The notes beneath the pieces were generated by a model. It did not search any database. It had not been told where the DNA came from and worked only from the letters and a program-made list of their open reading frames with translations. The translations under genes and the position numbers were made by a program. DNA of 64,000 nt, taken from positions 252,898,001 through 252,962,000 of the forward strand of contig OZ024740.1 in the NCBI GenBank assembly GCA_964016885.1, in the 5' to 3' direction. Shown here one piece after another: positions 18,175 through 32,945 of this stretch. The DNA comes from Eledone cirrhosa (taxonomy: Eukaryota). Within the stretch, counting starts at the first letter, position 1; each line of letters starts with the position of its first letter.

Positions 18175-18440
18175 AAACGTTAGAATATGTGTAATAAGGC
18201 CAAGACAATGCAGATATGGACATAGAAAAAGAATGCAATAGTGAGAGATATTGATGAGAATTGGTCTTTCACCTTGAATTTATTTAAATAAATTCAAGGT
18301 GAAAGACGAATTCTCATCAATATCTCTCACTATTGCATTCTTTTTCTATGTCCATATCTGCATTGTCTTGGCCTTATTACACATATTCTAACGTTTATAC
18401 CTCATTACACAATGCTTCAAGTGAACTATAACCTCCTCCA
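18175..18440. repeat. Loopless palindrome: 111-bp arms (18175-18396), one mismatch, ~45-nt one-sided extension
   Basis: Centre between 18285 and 18286; embedded in microsatellite. Confidence 0.9.
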
Positions 18441-19007
18441 TATATATACATATACATATATATATATACATATATATACATATACATATATACATATATA
18501 TACATATACATATATATATATACATATATACATATACATATATACATATATACATATATACATATATACATATACATATATACATATACATATATACATA
18601 TATACATATACATATATACATATATACATATATATACATACATATACACATATATACATATACATATACATATATATATACATATATATATATATACATA
18701 TACATATATACATATACATATATATACATACATATACATATATACATATACATATATATACATACATATACATATACACATATACATATATATATATACA
18801 TATATATACATATACATATATATACATATACATATATACATATACATATATACATATATATATATACATATATATATATACATATATATATATACATATA
18901 TATATATACATATATATATATACATATATATATATACATATATATATATACATATATATATATACATATATATATATACATACATATATATACATATATA
19001 TATATAC

Positions 19008-19038
<31 letters not shown>

Positions 19039-19185
19039 CATATATATACATATATATACATATATATATACATACATATATATATACATATATATATACA
19101 TATATATATACATATATATATACATATATATATACATATATATATACATATATATATACATATATTTATATACATATATATATAC

Positions 19186-19410
19186 ATATATTTATCTATA
19201 AAACTGTTTATATTGTATTTTGTCTGAGGAAGGCATAGCATATTGTTAATATGATATCCCTGAAATATATATAATGAAATAAATATGGTTTTATAAATAT
19301 AGTTTCCATTTATTTAATGTCGTAAATATACTCCAAATACTTGTCGAGTGCTTTTATATCAGTTATAAATATTTACTAGTTGTAACCCAACAATTTAAAT
19401 ATAACTTTCC
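19186..19410 (+). mobile_element. Family B pLTR, single arm with extension and HHR (CTGAGGA variant, ~19216-19281)
   Basis: Matches ~7661-7885. Confidence 0.85.
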
Positions 19411-19999
19411 ATATATACATACATGTATGTATATATATACATACATATATACATACATACATACATATATATATACACATCCATATATATACACATCCAT
19501 ATATATATATATACATACATACATATATATATACATACATACATATATATATACATCCATATATATATATATATACATACATACATATATATATATATAC
19601 ATACATACATACATATATATATACATACATACATACATATATATATACATACATACATACATATATATATATACATACATACATATATATATATACATAC
19701 ATACATATATATATATACATACATACATATATATATATATACATACATACATATATATATACATACATACATATATATACATACATACATATATATATAC
19801 ATACATACATATATATACATACATACATATATATATACATACATACATATATATACATACATACATATATATACATACATACATATATATACATACATAC
19901 ATACATATACATACATACATACATACATACATACATACATACATACATACATACATACATACATACATACATACATACATACATACATACATACATACA

Positions 20000-20033
<34 letters not shown>

Positions 20034-20082
20034 CATACATACATATATATACATACATACATATATATATACATACATACAT

Positions 20083-20692
20083 ATGGTGGCTGCCAACTCG
20101 TTTTCGAGTACGGCCACTACTTTATATCCATGTAGGAGAACCCCTACCGATGCGCTGAACGAATGTGACTTTTTAGTCCAGCCAGCGACTTGAAAACTCT
20201 GGTACAAAGACTACACTTGTGACCATTATTGACACATAGTGCAGGGCCCATGGTACCATGTGATGACAAGTGCAGAGAGATCTCCAGATATAAAGCAATG
20301 CCTGTGCCGTGAAGCTTTTATAGTGAGCAAAGGCACTGCACAAAGCCAGTCCCACTCTCTTAACCAAGATGATATTTACCAAAAAGAAGAACAAGTCAAC
20401 ATCATTGGATACCATCAGGGTTGCAGGTGTTATATCAGAGTTTTCCTTCTCCTAGAATTCTGCCTTGACAAAGGCTAAGGGGTCATCTCTCCCGGTGATT
20501 TTGGATGGCCATTGACTCTTAAGAGCTCCTTAGCCCTTTGACAGGTTTTGTTTTTAGTCCTGCAGGATGTCCAAAATCACCCTCCTCACCAAGAAACCTT
20601 GGTGGGGTTGCCAGTTTAGTCGCCAACGACCCGACCATGAGACAGGTTGTACTGGGATACATGTTACCAGTAGCACCAAGTGGTGACCTGAC
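20083..20692 (-). mobile_element. Non-autonomous RTE-derived short element, copy 1
   Basis: ~610 nt; three copies in the window; zinc-finger remnant, terminal ctcg-aaaa-cgag hairpin and (ATGT)n tail. Confidence 0.8.
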
Positions 20693-20808
20693 ACAACATA
20701 CATATATATATACATACATACATACATATACATACATACATACATATATATATACATACATACATACATACATACATACATACACATACATACATACATA
20801 CATACACA

Positions 20809-20842
<34 letters not shown>

Positions 20843-21089
20843 CATACATATATATACATACATACATATATATATATATATACATATATATACATACATA
20901 CATATATATATATACATATATATACATACATACATATATATATATACATATATATACATACATACATATATATATATACATATATATACATACATACATA
21001 TATATACATACATACATACATATACATACATACATATACATACATACATACATATATATACATACATACATATATATATATATACATAC

Positions 21090-21169
<80 letters not shown>

Positions 21170-21207
21170 ATATACATATATATACATACATATATATATA
21201 TATATAC

Positions 21208-21244
<37 letters not shown>

Positions 21245-21385
21245 CATACACATATATATATATATATACATATATATACATACATACATATATATATATA
21301 CATATATATACATACATACATATATATATATACATATATATACATACATATATATATATATACATATATATACATACATACATAC

Positions 21386-22024
21386 ATGGTGGCTGCCAAC
21401 TCGTTTTCGAGTACGGCCACTACTTTACATCCATGTAGGATAACCCCTACCGAAGCGCTGAACGAGTGTGACTTTTTAGTCCAGCCAGCGACTTGAAACC
21501 TCTGGTACAAACACTACACCTGTGACAATTATTGACACATAGTGCTAGGCCCATGGTAGGACAATTATTGACACATAGTGCTGGGCCCATGTGAGGACAA
21601 GTGCAGAGAGATCTCCAGATATAAAGCAATGCCTGTGCCGTGAAGCTTTTATAGTGAGCAAAGGCACTGCACAAAGCCAGTCCCACTCTCTTAACCAAGA
21701 TGCTATTTACCAAAAAGAAGAACAAGTCAACATCATTGGATACCATCAGGGTTGCAGGTGTTATATCAGAGTTTTCCTTCTCCTAGAATTCTGCCTTGAC
21801 TAAGGCTAAAGGGGTCATCTCTCCCGGTGATTTTGGATGGCCATTGACTCTTAAGAGCTCCTTTGGCCTTTGACAGGTTTTGTTTTTAGTCCTGCAGGAT
21901 GTCCAAAGTCACCCTCCTCACCAAGAAACCTTGGTGGGGTTGCCAGTTTAGTCGCCAACGACCCGACCATGAGACAGGTTGTACTGGGATACATGTTACC
22001 AGTAGCACCAACTGGTGACCTGAC
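21386..22024 (-). mobile_element. Non-autonomous RTE-derived short element, copy 2 (internal ~36-nt duplication)
   Basis: Homologous to copy 1; encodes [20 protein letters not shown]. Confidence 0.8.
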
Positions 22025-22065
22025 ATACATATATACATACATACATACATATATATATACATACA

Positions 22066-22101
<36 letters not shown>

Positions 22102-22350
22102 TACATACATACATACATATATACATACATACATACATACATATATATATACATACATACATATATATATACATACATATATATATACATACATACATAT
22201 ATATATACATACATACATATATATATACATACATACATATATATACATACATACATATATATACATACATACATATATATACATACATACATATACATAC
22301 ATACATACATACATATACATACATACATACATATATATACATACATACAT

Positions 22351-22397
<47 letters not shown>

Positions 22398-22544
22398 TAC
22401 ATATATATATACATACATACATATATACATACATACATACATATATATATACATACATACATATATACATACATACATATATATATACATACATACATAT
22501 ATATATACATACATACATATATATATACATACATACATATATAT

Positions 22545-22575
<31 letters not shown>

Positions 22576-22812
22576 CATACATACATACATACACATACAT
22601 ACATACATATATATATACATACATACATATATATACATACAAACATATATATATATATATATACATACATACATATATATATATATATACATACATACAT
22701 ATATATATACATATATATATATACATACATATATATATATATACATACATACATACATACATATATATATATATATACATACATACATATATATATACAT
22801 ACATACATACAT

Positions 22813-23184
22813 ATGGAGATCAGCTGCCCACTTGATGTAAACGTTGTCAGAAAAATACAGGAGAAGGAGGACATCTACGGACCATTGATGAGGAGTTTAC
22901 AAATCCAGTATCCAAGATACACCTTTAGCTTCATACCCATCATTATTGGTGCTACGGGTTATATACCAACCCGCTTGGACCAAAGTATGACTGAACTTGG
23001 ATTTGCGGACAAAAAGCGCAGCTCCCTAATTCGTAGTCTACAAATGGCTGCGATAGCTGGCACCTTCAAAATTTGCAAAACATTCTTGCGATTCAAGGGA
23101 TGACAATTTCTTTTCTTTTACAACCTTGCCACCAGGAAGGTGGCCGGTCAAAAAAATATACTCAAAATTAAGAGAAAGAGAAAA
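22813..23184 (+). mobile_element. 3' fragment of a second RLE-type non-LTR element (RLE C-terminus + 3' UTR) in (CATA)n
   Basis: EISCPLD...K...Y..L...IPIIIGATG parallels DVACPFD...K..Y...IPIVIGALG of the 11554 element; different 3' UTR. Confidence 0.75.
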
Positions 23185-23257
23185 CATACATACATACATA
23201 CATATATATATATACATACATACATACATATATATATATACATACATACATACATAT

Positions 23258-23290
<33 letters not shown>

Positions 23291-23493
23291 TATACATACA
23301 TACATATATATATATACATACATACATACATATATATACATACATACATATATATATATACATACATATATACATATATACATATACATACATACATACA
23401 TATATACATACATACATATATATATATACATACATACATACATATATATACATACATAGATATATATATATACATACATATATATATACATAC

Positions 23494-23526
<33 letters not shown>

Positions 23527-23556
23527 CATACATACATACATATATATATATACATA

Positions 23557-26095
23557 TTGTTATACTTTGGGAGGGTCATGTTGCCAATAAGAAACACACG
23601 CACCAGTTGCTTTCACTTCAATTTATTATATATTTATAAATTTACAAATTTACAAACTTATAAATTTCTGGTTGGTTGGTTGGTTCCACAACCAGATAGT
23701 TGTTTATATATATAGTCATAGTCCTTTCGTCACACACTCTGTGACCTCTTCAGTGACTGGGGATTCCTTTCTTCGTTTCTGTGCCTTTCCTTTCTTCTAT
23801 CCTACGCCATTTTGTTTCTGTGTGTGTGTTGTGTGCTCAGTTTGCGCATGCGCCACATCCGGGTGTCTGTGTGTGTTTGTGTTCATTTTTCTATTTTTCT
23901 ATTTATATTTTTCTATTTGTTTATTTATTTATTTATTTATTGTTGGTTGATTGTTTGTTCTATGTGTGTGTGTGTTTTCATTTTGTCCTGTGTGTGTTTT
24001 CATTTTGTGTGTATTTTCAATTGTAAGTTGTTTGTTCTATGTGTGTGTGTGTTTTCATTTTGTCCTTAGTTGTAAGTTGTGATGTTGCTGTTCCACTTAA
24101 TATTTTCTATTTAATTTTGGTTTTAATTCTTTTATGCTTACTGCCTCTGTAATTTGCCTAAACATTGCGTCTTTTCTGTGTGTGGATTCTATTTTTATTT
24201 CTATGCTCTCTAATCTACCCCTGTGTTCTATCTTAGCATGTTGGTAGAGCACAGATGATTCTTTATTATCTTGGAGGTCTCGCCAGTGTTCATTTATTCG
24301 TTCCCCTATACTACGAGCTGTCTCACCTATGTACACTATATTTTTGTTTCTACATTGTCCTTCAGTACATCTTATGCTATACACTACATTTCTAGTTTTA
24401 CAGTTAATATGGGGGCTTATTTTACAGGTTATACATTTCTTATCTATACATGAGGGTCTTTGGAACGGGTATGTCTTGCTAATAAGTGTTTTTACGGAGG
24501 TACCAGGTCTTTCTACTATCTTAATATTGAGATTATGTTTATTTAGGGCCCTTCTAAATTTGTAGGCTAGTTCGCCTCTAGGGGTTGTATTGATGAACAT
24601 TACACTCTGGTATTTATTGCTATCATACCATGAGTTTATTCTATTGGCCTTGTTCCTAGTTCTTTCTATTCTATTCCAAAATTTGCTCCTATACAAGGGG
24701 CAGGTCCCATTTATGTCATTATTTACCATTTTTTTCCCATTTGGTTCTGGCTCCTTTATACACTCTGATTCTATCTCTCTGATTGTAGCCAGAGAACTGC
24801 ATACGGTGGATGAAGTGTTGTATGTGTCTCTCTAGTTCTTCGGGGTTGCACATGCGGGACACATTTCTCATCACCCGTACCAAATCCGCAATCAGTATGT
24901 TGATTTTGGTATGGTCTGAAATGGCTGAGTTTCGGTGGATCAGATGTTTGGAAGTCATGGGTTTGGCATAATGGGAATGGAGGATTTGTTTTTGGTTGTT
25001 AATGGTATCTAACCAGAGCTCTGTGTCTAGTACAGGTAATCGATGGTTGGGGTGTCTACTTGGGTAGTCTATAGTAACTCTAATGCTCTGGTGGATGGAG
25101 TTTGCTATTTGCTGGATGCTTTCCATTGTGTTTTTCTCTAGTTCCTGACTGTTCTTTAGTGGGGGTGTCTTAACTACGATGTTTATATCATCTACGTAGC
25201 GGGAGTACATTATCAGGGTTAAGCTGTCTTCTAATTGTTCATTAAGTTTTTGTTTAAGTCTACTGTCCCACCATACCATGAATAAGTTAGCTATGTCGCC
25301 TGCAATGCTAACACCAATGGCTGCTCCTTCCTCTTGGGCATATGTTTTACCATTAAATTTGAACATATGTTCCTTAAGGGTTAATTTTACGCTGGCCCCT
25401 ACCGCATGTGCAATCATTTTCTTCAGTTCATCGTGGTTTTCGGGTGTCCGTATGGCTCTGGTCCACCCGTTCCATCTATCTGTGTGGGTTTTCTTGGCCA
25501 TTGAGGTAATGGTAGGTGGTCTGCCTCTTGCTGGTCTTGTAGGGCACAGGTTGCTAAGGTCATAAGTGTCTAGGTAACTATTACTATGGGTAAGCTTAAG
25601 TAGAAGTCCCAGCTCACTGGTATCAATCCCACAGAACTCAACCTTGCTCTCGTTGATCATTTCTACGCATTTCTCCACAGCAAAATCCACGTCAATAGAT
25701 GGATACAGGGACACAACATCCATACTGCCTATTATGCAGTTTGTTAGGTCCCCAGATCGGTTACCCGCGCCGATTCTGCTGAGGAGGTCCTCCGTGCTGT
25801 CACACACATCTGGGGACATCTCAATGATGGGGCGTATGATCAGGGAGAGGAAGTAGGACAGTCTGTAGTTACTAGCAATGTTAGCCCCACAGACTGGCCG
25901 TGTTGGTGGTCCCGCGACAGGGTCCCAGCCCGTTTTATGGTCTTTTCGAAGCCCATACAACGCCGGCACGTCATTGTTCCAGGCCTGGAAGTTGTTGGCA
26001 GTCCTTTTGTTGGGCTGCATTACATTCGTCCACATCACCATATGGGCATTGAGGGCTTTTTCTCTATCCTCATGCTCCTGTGGTGTTACGTCTCT
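23557..26095 (-). mobile_element. Penelope-like element family A, copy 2 (RT 24719-~26095, GIY-YIG 24097-24729, 3' pLTR with HHR at ~23714-23758)
   Basis: PALYGLRKDHK, PTRPV, SMDVVSLYPSI, QEEGAAIG, RYVDD, YIGET; one extra A in a homopolymer near 24730 splits the ORF. Confidence 0.92.
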
Positions 26096-27873
26096 TGAGG
26101 CAAGAGTGTTTGTCTTGCTCGCATAGGACTGTCTGGCGGGTTTTCTACAGCTGGATGCCCTTCCTAACACCAACCACATTTACAGTGTGGGGCTGGGAGG
26201 TTTTTACTGTGTTGCCTACACGGCCACATTACAGCGTGGACTGCGTTTTTTTGTCGTGCCATCTACACGATCTCCTTTGTTTCAGCCTGGATGTTGTGGC
26301 ACCAACATAACTTTACATTGAAAGCGGCGGTGTGGATGGGGGTGGGGGTGGTGGGACAGGGGGAGTATTTTGTTAGAGATGCCTACTGACGGTACTAGGT
26401 TTTACTTTGTAATTAGGTAAGGCGGGTCTTCTCTATTACTGCGTACCGCCAAAGGTCTCGGTCCAGTGACATTGTCTTGGAGAGGTGTAAGTGTGTGAGG
26501 TCGGAATTTATCAGCTCAACCCAGGTTTTTCTGGGTCTGCTTACTCCGTGGCTACCGTCTATCATTATTGCCCTGCACTTTATTATACAGCTGTCGTCTT
26601 TCATGCGCATCATGTGACCATACCAACGTAGCCTTCTCTCGAGTAAACAACATCTGATCCCTCTTATTTCTAATTTTTTACTTAGTTCGTTTATGCTTTG
26701 CCGTTCACGTATATTACTATTACACATCCAGCGGAGCATGCAAGCTTCGTTCCTCTCTCGTCTGCGTATATCCTCTGCACACAATGCCCAGGTCTCACTG
26801 CCATGCAACATTGCTGTTCGTATGCAGGCATCATACAACCTGCCTTTCATTCTTAGGGAGAACCCTTTAGCGGCTAATAGTGGTATAAGCTCTCTGAACT
26901 TTTTCCATCCAGTTCTGACTCTAGCTACTGTACTTTCAGAGCACCCTCCCCCACTGCTGATTTTGTCACCCAGGTAACGGAAGCTGTCCACTATTTCTAT
27001 AGAACCCTCTGCGCAATTGAAAGGGCTAGTATATTGTGGGCACTTGCTGCTACTTATTGCACCAGAGCACCGGCCACATGTAAAATCTATGTTCTTAGTT
27101 AGCTTACCTGTGATCCCACTACATCTTTTATGCAACCATACTTTGCATTTGGGACATAAAATGGAGTTTCTACCTACGCCTTTCCTACACACTGAACATG
27201 GCCATTTACCGCAAGGGACCGTCGCCTTATTTTCTTTCCTACAAACTAGAACTTTAGTCTGAGCCAGGTTAATTTTAAGCCCTTTTGATTCTAGGCCATG
27301 CTTCCATGTTTGGAATTTCTTCTCTAGCTCGGCCATTGATTCAGCTATCAGCGTTAGATCATCTGCGTATAGGAGTTCCCATGGGCAGCCGGTCTTGAAC
27401 TCCTCTGTTATAGCCTGAAGGGCAATAATAAATAGTAGGGGGCTAAGAACAGAGCCCTGATGGACACCAACTTTTACGCTAAACTCTTCACTATATTCGT
27501 TGTTAATTCTAACTTTGCTGACTGTTTCTTTATACATGGCTTGTATAGCTCTCACAAGCCATTCATCAACACCTAGTTTTCTAAGAGCCCACCAGATAAT
27601 GGAATGGGGGACTCTGTCGAAGGCTTTCTCCAAGTCAACAAAAGCTAAGTATAGGGTTTACTTTTAGCTAGGTACTTCTCCTGTAGTTGTTGTACAATGA
27701 AAAGAACGTCTGTGGTACTTTTGCCTGACACAAACCCGAACTGCATTTCATCTAGATCAATTCTCTCTGATTGGTTGCGCTATAACTTTTTCCGTGACCT
27801 TCATGACCTGGTCGATTAATTTAATGCCTCTATAGTTACACCTATCTAGGGCATCTCCTTTACCCTTGTAACA
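26094..27873 (-). mobile_element. RTE-B LINE, 5'-truncated, frameshifted, lacking the last ~75 nt of its 3' end
   Basis: ORF 26413-27633 with LEKAFD, GVHQGS, LYADD and YLG; 3' UTR homologous to 32240-32570. Confidence 0.9.
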
Positions 27874-28786
27874 GTATATATAATATATAAATATATATAA
27901 TATATAATCTATATATATATAATCTATATATATATATAATCTATATATATATAATCTATATATATATATAATATATATATATAATATATATATATATAAT
28001 ATATACATATAATATATATATATATAATATATACATATAATATATATATATATAATATATACATGTATAATCTATATATATATATAATATATATATATAA
28101 TATATATATGTATAATATATATATATATAATATATATAATCTATATATATATAATATATATATATAATATATATATGTATAATCTATATATATATATATA
28201 TAATATATATATATAATATATATATGTATAATCTATATATATATATAATATGTATATGTATAATCTATATATATATATAATATATATATATAATATATAT
28301 ATAATATATATATGTATAATATATATATATAATATATATATATAATATATATATAATATATATATGTATAATATATATACGTTATTGCGGGTTGAATCGG
28401 AGGTAACCACAGTAAGTAAGGTACTCAATACATAGCAGAGTATAACAGTTTTAATATAGATGAGATTCTACAGGACTAGAACTGTTTCATTCATTAGAAA
28501 TCATCAGGAATCATTGATTCCTGATGATTTCTAATGAATGAAACAGTTCTAGTCCTGTAGAATCTCATCTATATTAAAACTATGTATAATATATATATAT
28601 ATATAATATATATATATAATATATATATGTATAATATAATATATATATAATATATATATATATAATATATATATGTATAATATAATATATATATATAATA
28701 TATAATATATATATGTATAATATAATATATATATATAATATATAATATATATATGTATAATATAATATATATATATAATATATATA
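27874..28786. repeat. (TA)n microsatellite with TAA interruptions
   Basis: Direct reading. Confidence 0.95.
28380..28581 (-). mobile_element. Fold-back pLTR-like insert: 67-bp arms (28447-28581, centre 28514), ~67-nt extension, degenerate HHR core
   Basis: Palindrome seen directly; CTGATGA at 28521 and GAAA at 28540 with a ttc/gaa stem. Confidence 0.7.
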
Positions 28787-31530
28787 TCATCATCATCATC
28801 ATCATTTTACGTCCGCTTTTCCCTGCTTGCAAGGGTGGGACGGGTCTTATTCAGCACAGCATCTCTCCACTCGTCACGGTCCCTCGTCATCTCCACCGTG
28901 AGCTTCAATGATCTGAGGTCTGTTCTCACCACCTCCGCCCATGTTTTTCGTGGTCTACCTCTACCACGTCTTCCTTCAACTGGCATTTCCTGGCACTTCT
29001 TCACCCATCGGTCATCCTCCATGCGCATCACATGTCCATACCACCTCAGTCTCCTCTCCTGTACACTACATTCTATCCCTCTCAGACACAGTTTCTCTCT
29101 CAACACATTTATGCTGGGTCGTTCACGCACATTTACACTGCACATCCAACGGAGCATGCTTGCCTCATTTCTCTCCAGCCGTCGCATATCTTCTGCGGTA
29201 GCTGCCCATGTCTCACTACCATGCAGCATCGCGCTCCTCACACAGGCATCATACAACCGGCCTTTCGTACGCAGGGAGAAACCCTTCTTCGTCAACAGAG
29301 GAAGCAGCTCCCTAAACTTCTTCCAACCCGTCCTTATTCTAGTTACTATGGCCTCGGAACACCCTCCTCCCATGCTAATCTGATCTCCTAGGTACCGGAA
29401 GCTATCCACCACTTCTATAGCGCCCTCTCGCATTTGAAAAATGTGTCTATCAGTGCGACTTCTACTGTCTAATTTCCCTGTACATCTACTGCATACATAT
29501 TTCTCCCTACCTGTTAGTTTGCCTGCTATCCCGCTACATCTCTTGTGTACCCAGGACCTACATTGTGTGCATTTTATAGAATTTATGCCAGTTCCTTTTC
29601 TGCATATCGAACATGGCCATTTCCCTGACGGAATCAGGGTTTTGTCCTCTTTTCTACTCATCAACACTTTTGTCTTAGCTAGATTTACTCTCAGTCCTCT
29701 TGCTTCCAACTGCTGTTTCCATAGCCGGAATTTATTCTCTAGCTCCTCTACTGATTCTGCCATAAGAGCCAGATCGTCAGCATAGAGAAGTTCCCATGGA
29801 CAGCCAGTCTTAAACTCCTCTGTTATGGCTTGGAGGACTATAATGAACAAGAGCGGGCTGAGGACCGAACCCTGATGTACTCCTACTTGTATCTGGAATT
29901 CCTCACTAAACTCCATTCCTACCCTGACTTTACTGAGAGTACCTCTGTACAAAGTTTGCACTGTCCTTACAAGCCATTCCTCAACACCCAGCTTCCTTAG
30001 GGACCACCAGATGACAGATCGGGGTACCCTATCAAAGGCCTTCTCTAGGTCAACAGAGGCTAAGTATAGTGGCTTATTCTTCTCTAAGAACCTCTCTTGC
30101 ATTTGTCTCACCAAGAAGAGGGCATCTGTTGTACTCTTCCCAGGCACAAAACCAAACTGCATCTCATCTAGTTTGACCCTTTCTCTAATTAGTTGTGCTA
30201 AAATCCTTTCTGCCACTTTCATAACCTGATCTATCAGTTTTATACCCCTATAATTGCTCCTCTCCCAAGCATCCCCTTTACCTTTGTAGCAATTTATGAG
30301 AATACTGCTGCACCAGTCTTTGGGTATGACACCACCATATATAGCCTGATTGATGATGCGTGCAACCAGTTTAGTGCCTACGTCCTCTGATGCCTCCAGC
30401 ATCTCAGCAACTATTCCTGATGGTCCGGCCGCCTTACCATTTTTCATTTCCCTAATCGCCTCTTGGACCCTATATTCGTCAATCTCAATAGCTGGTCCCT
30501 CTGTCGGATCTACCAAGGGTAATTTCTCTCTCTCCCATTCGTTCTCCACATTCATCAGTCTCTCATAATGACATTTCCAGGCCTCCTTTTTCTGGTCAAT
30601 CGTGACACTAAGTACACCGGCATCATCCCGGACACATTTATCACCAACAACATCCTGATTTGCATTGACACACTGCCTTGCAATGTGGAACACCGCACGC
30701 CTCTGATCTTCCCGTCGCAGAACATTGGCAAACCTCCTACTCTCTGCCTCCCTGCGTGCTAAGTACACCTGACGTCTAGCTTCTCTCTTAGTGGCTGTAT
30801 ATTCTTCCCTACTCCCACCCTTATTCCAAGCCTTCCATGCTAGTCTTTTGTCTCTAATAGCCTTATCTACACTGCTGTCCACCACCAGGTCACTCTCTGT
30901 CTGGTTGGAGCTCTGCTCCAGCCACAAGTTTCATCAGTAGCCTGCAGCAAGTTGTCACGTAAGAAATTCTAGTTATTATCTATGTCATACGTCTCTAAAT
31001 CGTCTTCTTTTTCGTCATATACATCTTGAAGGGCTTTCCTAAATTTGAATTTTAGTGAAAGGTCTTTTAGCTTCCAGACCTTTCTTCTCCACACCTTCCT
31101 ATATGTCTCATTCCATCTCTTGCTTACTGAGATATCACTAACAACTAACCTATGCTGTGGGGTACATTCTTCCCCAGGGTATGCCTTGGTATTAGACACT
31201 ATCTGCCTGTCCCGCTGCCTAACTAGCAGGAAGTCAATCTGGCTTATGTGCTCACCAGATTTGTAGGTTATTAGGTGATTGGCAGGTTTCTGGAAGTTTG
31301 TGTTGCAAATAGTCAATGTACTTGCATCACAAAATTCAAGAAGTCTCACTCCTTCTTCATTTCTTGAATCGTAACCGTGCCCACCATGTACCCCAGTGTA
31401 ACCATCCTTGAGCTGTCCAACATGACCATTGAAGTCTCCTGCTAGCATAACGATGTCTCCGTCCTCTGTCATTGTGGTTGTTTGCAAAAGTTGCTCATAA
31501 AAGCAGTCTTTCTCATCTTTGCCTAGGCCT
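28787..31530 (-). mobile_element. RTE LINE family RTE-C, 5'-truncated: APE C-terminal half + RT, (GAT)n tail
   Basis: ORF 30969-31530 (AGDFNGH, SQIDFLL, QHRLV) and ORF 28807-30927 (NYRGIKL, DLEKAFD, LYADD); stop near 30970 and frameshift near 30900. Confidence 0.92.
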
Positions 31531-32945
31531 ATAATATATATATGCATAATATAATATATATATATAATATATAATATATATATGTATAATATAATATATA
31601 TATATAATATATATATATAATATATATATGGATAATATAATATATATATATAATATATATATATAATATATAATATATATATAATATATAATATATAATA
31701 TATATATATATGTATAATATAATATATATATATAATATATATATATAATATATATATGTATAATATAATATATATATATATAATATATATATATAATATA
31801 TATATATATAATATATATATATAATATATGTATATATAATATATATATGTATAATATAATATATAATATATATATATAATATATATATGGATAATATAAT
31901 ATATATATATAATATATAATATATATATATAATATATATATGTATAATATAATATAATATATATATATAATATATATATATAATATATATATGTATAATA
32001 TAATATATATATATATAATATATATATATATATAATATATATATAATATATATATATATAATATATATATATAATATATATATATATAATATAATATATA
32101 TATATATAATATATATATATAATATATATATATAATATATGATGATATATATTATATATATATATTATATCATCATCATCATCAACGTTTAACGTCCGTG
32201 TTCCACGCTTGCATGGGTTTGGACGGGGGTAGTCCCACTTGAGGCAAGAGTGATTGTCTTGCTCGCATAGGACTGTCTGGCAGGTTTTCTACAGTTGGAT
32301 GCCCTTCCTAACACCAACCACATTTACAGTGTGGGTCTGGGAGGTTTTTACCGTGTTGCCTACACGGCCACATTACAGCGTGGACTGTGTGTTTTTTTGT
32401 CGTGACACCTACACGATCTCATTTGTTTCGGCCTCGATGGCGCGGCACCAACATAACTTTACATAGAACGGGGTGGTGTGGATGGGGTGGGGGTGGTGGG
32501 ACGGGGTGTATTTTGTTAGAGATGCCTACTGGCTGGAGTAGGTTTTACTATATATTTAGGTAAGGCGGGTCTTCTCTGTTACTGAGTACCGCCAAAGGTC
32601 TCGGTCCAGTGACATTGTCTTGGAGAGGTGTAGGTGTGTGATGTCGGAGTTTATCAGCTCGTCCCATATATATAATATATTATATATATATATTATATAT
32701 ATATATTATATAATATATATATATATATAATATATATATATATAATATATAAATAATATATATATAAATAATATATATATAAATAATATATATATAAATA
32801 ATATATATATATATAATATATATAATATATATATATATAATATATATATATATATAATATATATAATATATATATAATATATATATATATAATATATATA
32901 ATATATATATATATAATATATATATAATATATATAATATATATAA
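31531..32945. repeat. (TA)n/TAA microsatellite
   Basis: Direct reading. Confidence 0.95.
32169..32666 (-). mobile_element. RTE-B 3' fragment with complete 3' end and (GAT)n tail
   Basis: Homologous to 26094-26520 and 61660-62170. Confidence 0.88.

Larger units (their letters stand above)
17971..20082. repeat. (CATA/CATATA)n microsatellites with embedded pLTR-like inserts
   Basis: Direct reading. Confidence 0.93.
20693..23556. repeat. (CATA)n-rich microsatellite blocks between inserts
   Basis: Direct reading. Confidence 0.93.

Noticed and set aside
20600-20692. HDV-like ribozyme at the 5' end of the short RTE derivative
   Set aside because: P4-, CTAA- and P2-like parts are visible, but no valid P1 or L3.
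20083-23556. CRISPR-like alternation of repeats and spacers
   Set aside because: The units are retroelements separated by microsatellite in a eukaryotic context; no cas genes.
24725-24740. Programmed frameshift between PLE RT and endonuclease
   Set aside because: Copy 1 is in frame with one fewer A, so this is a homopolymer indel or sequencing error.
28835-30762. Plus-strand ORFs over LINE bodies (also 23-703, 15665-17687)
   Set aside because: Antisense shadows of RT ORFs with no recognisable motifs.
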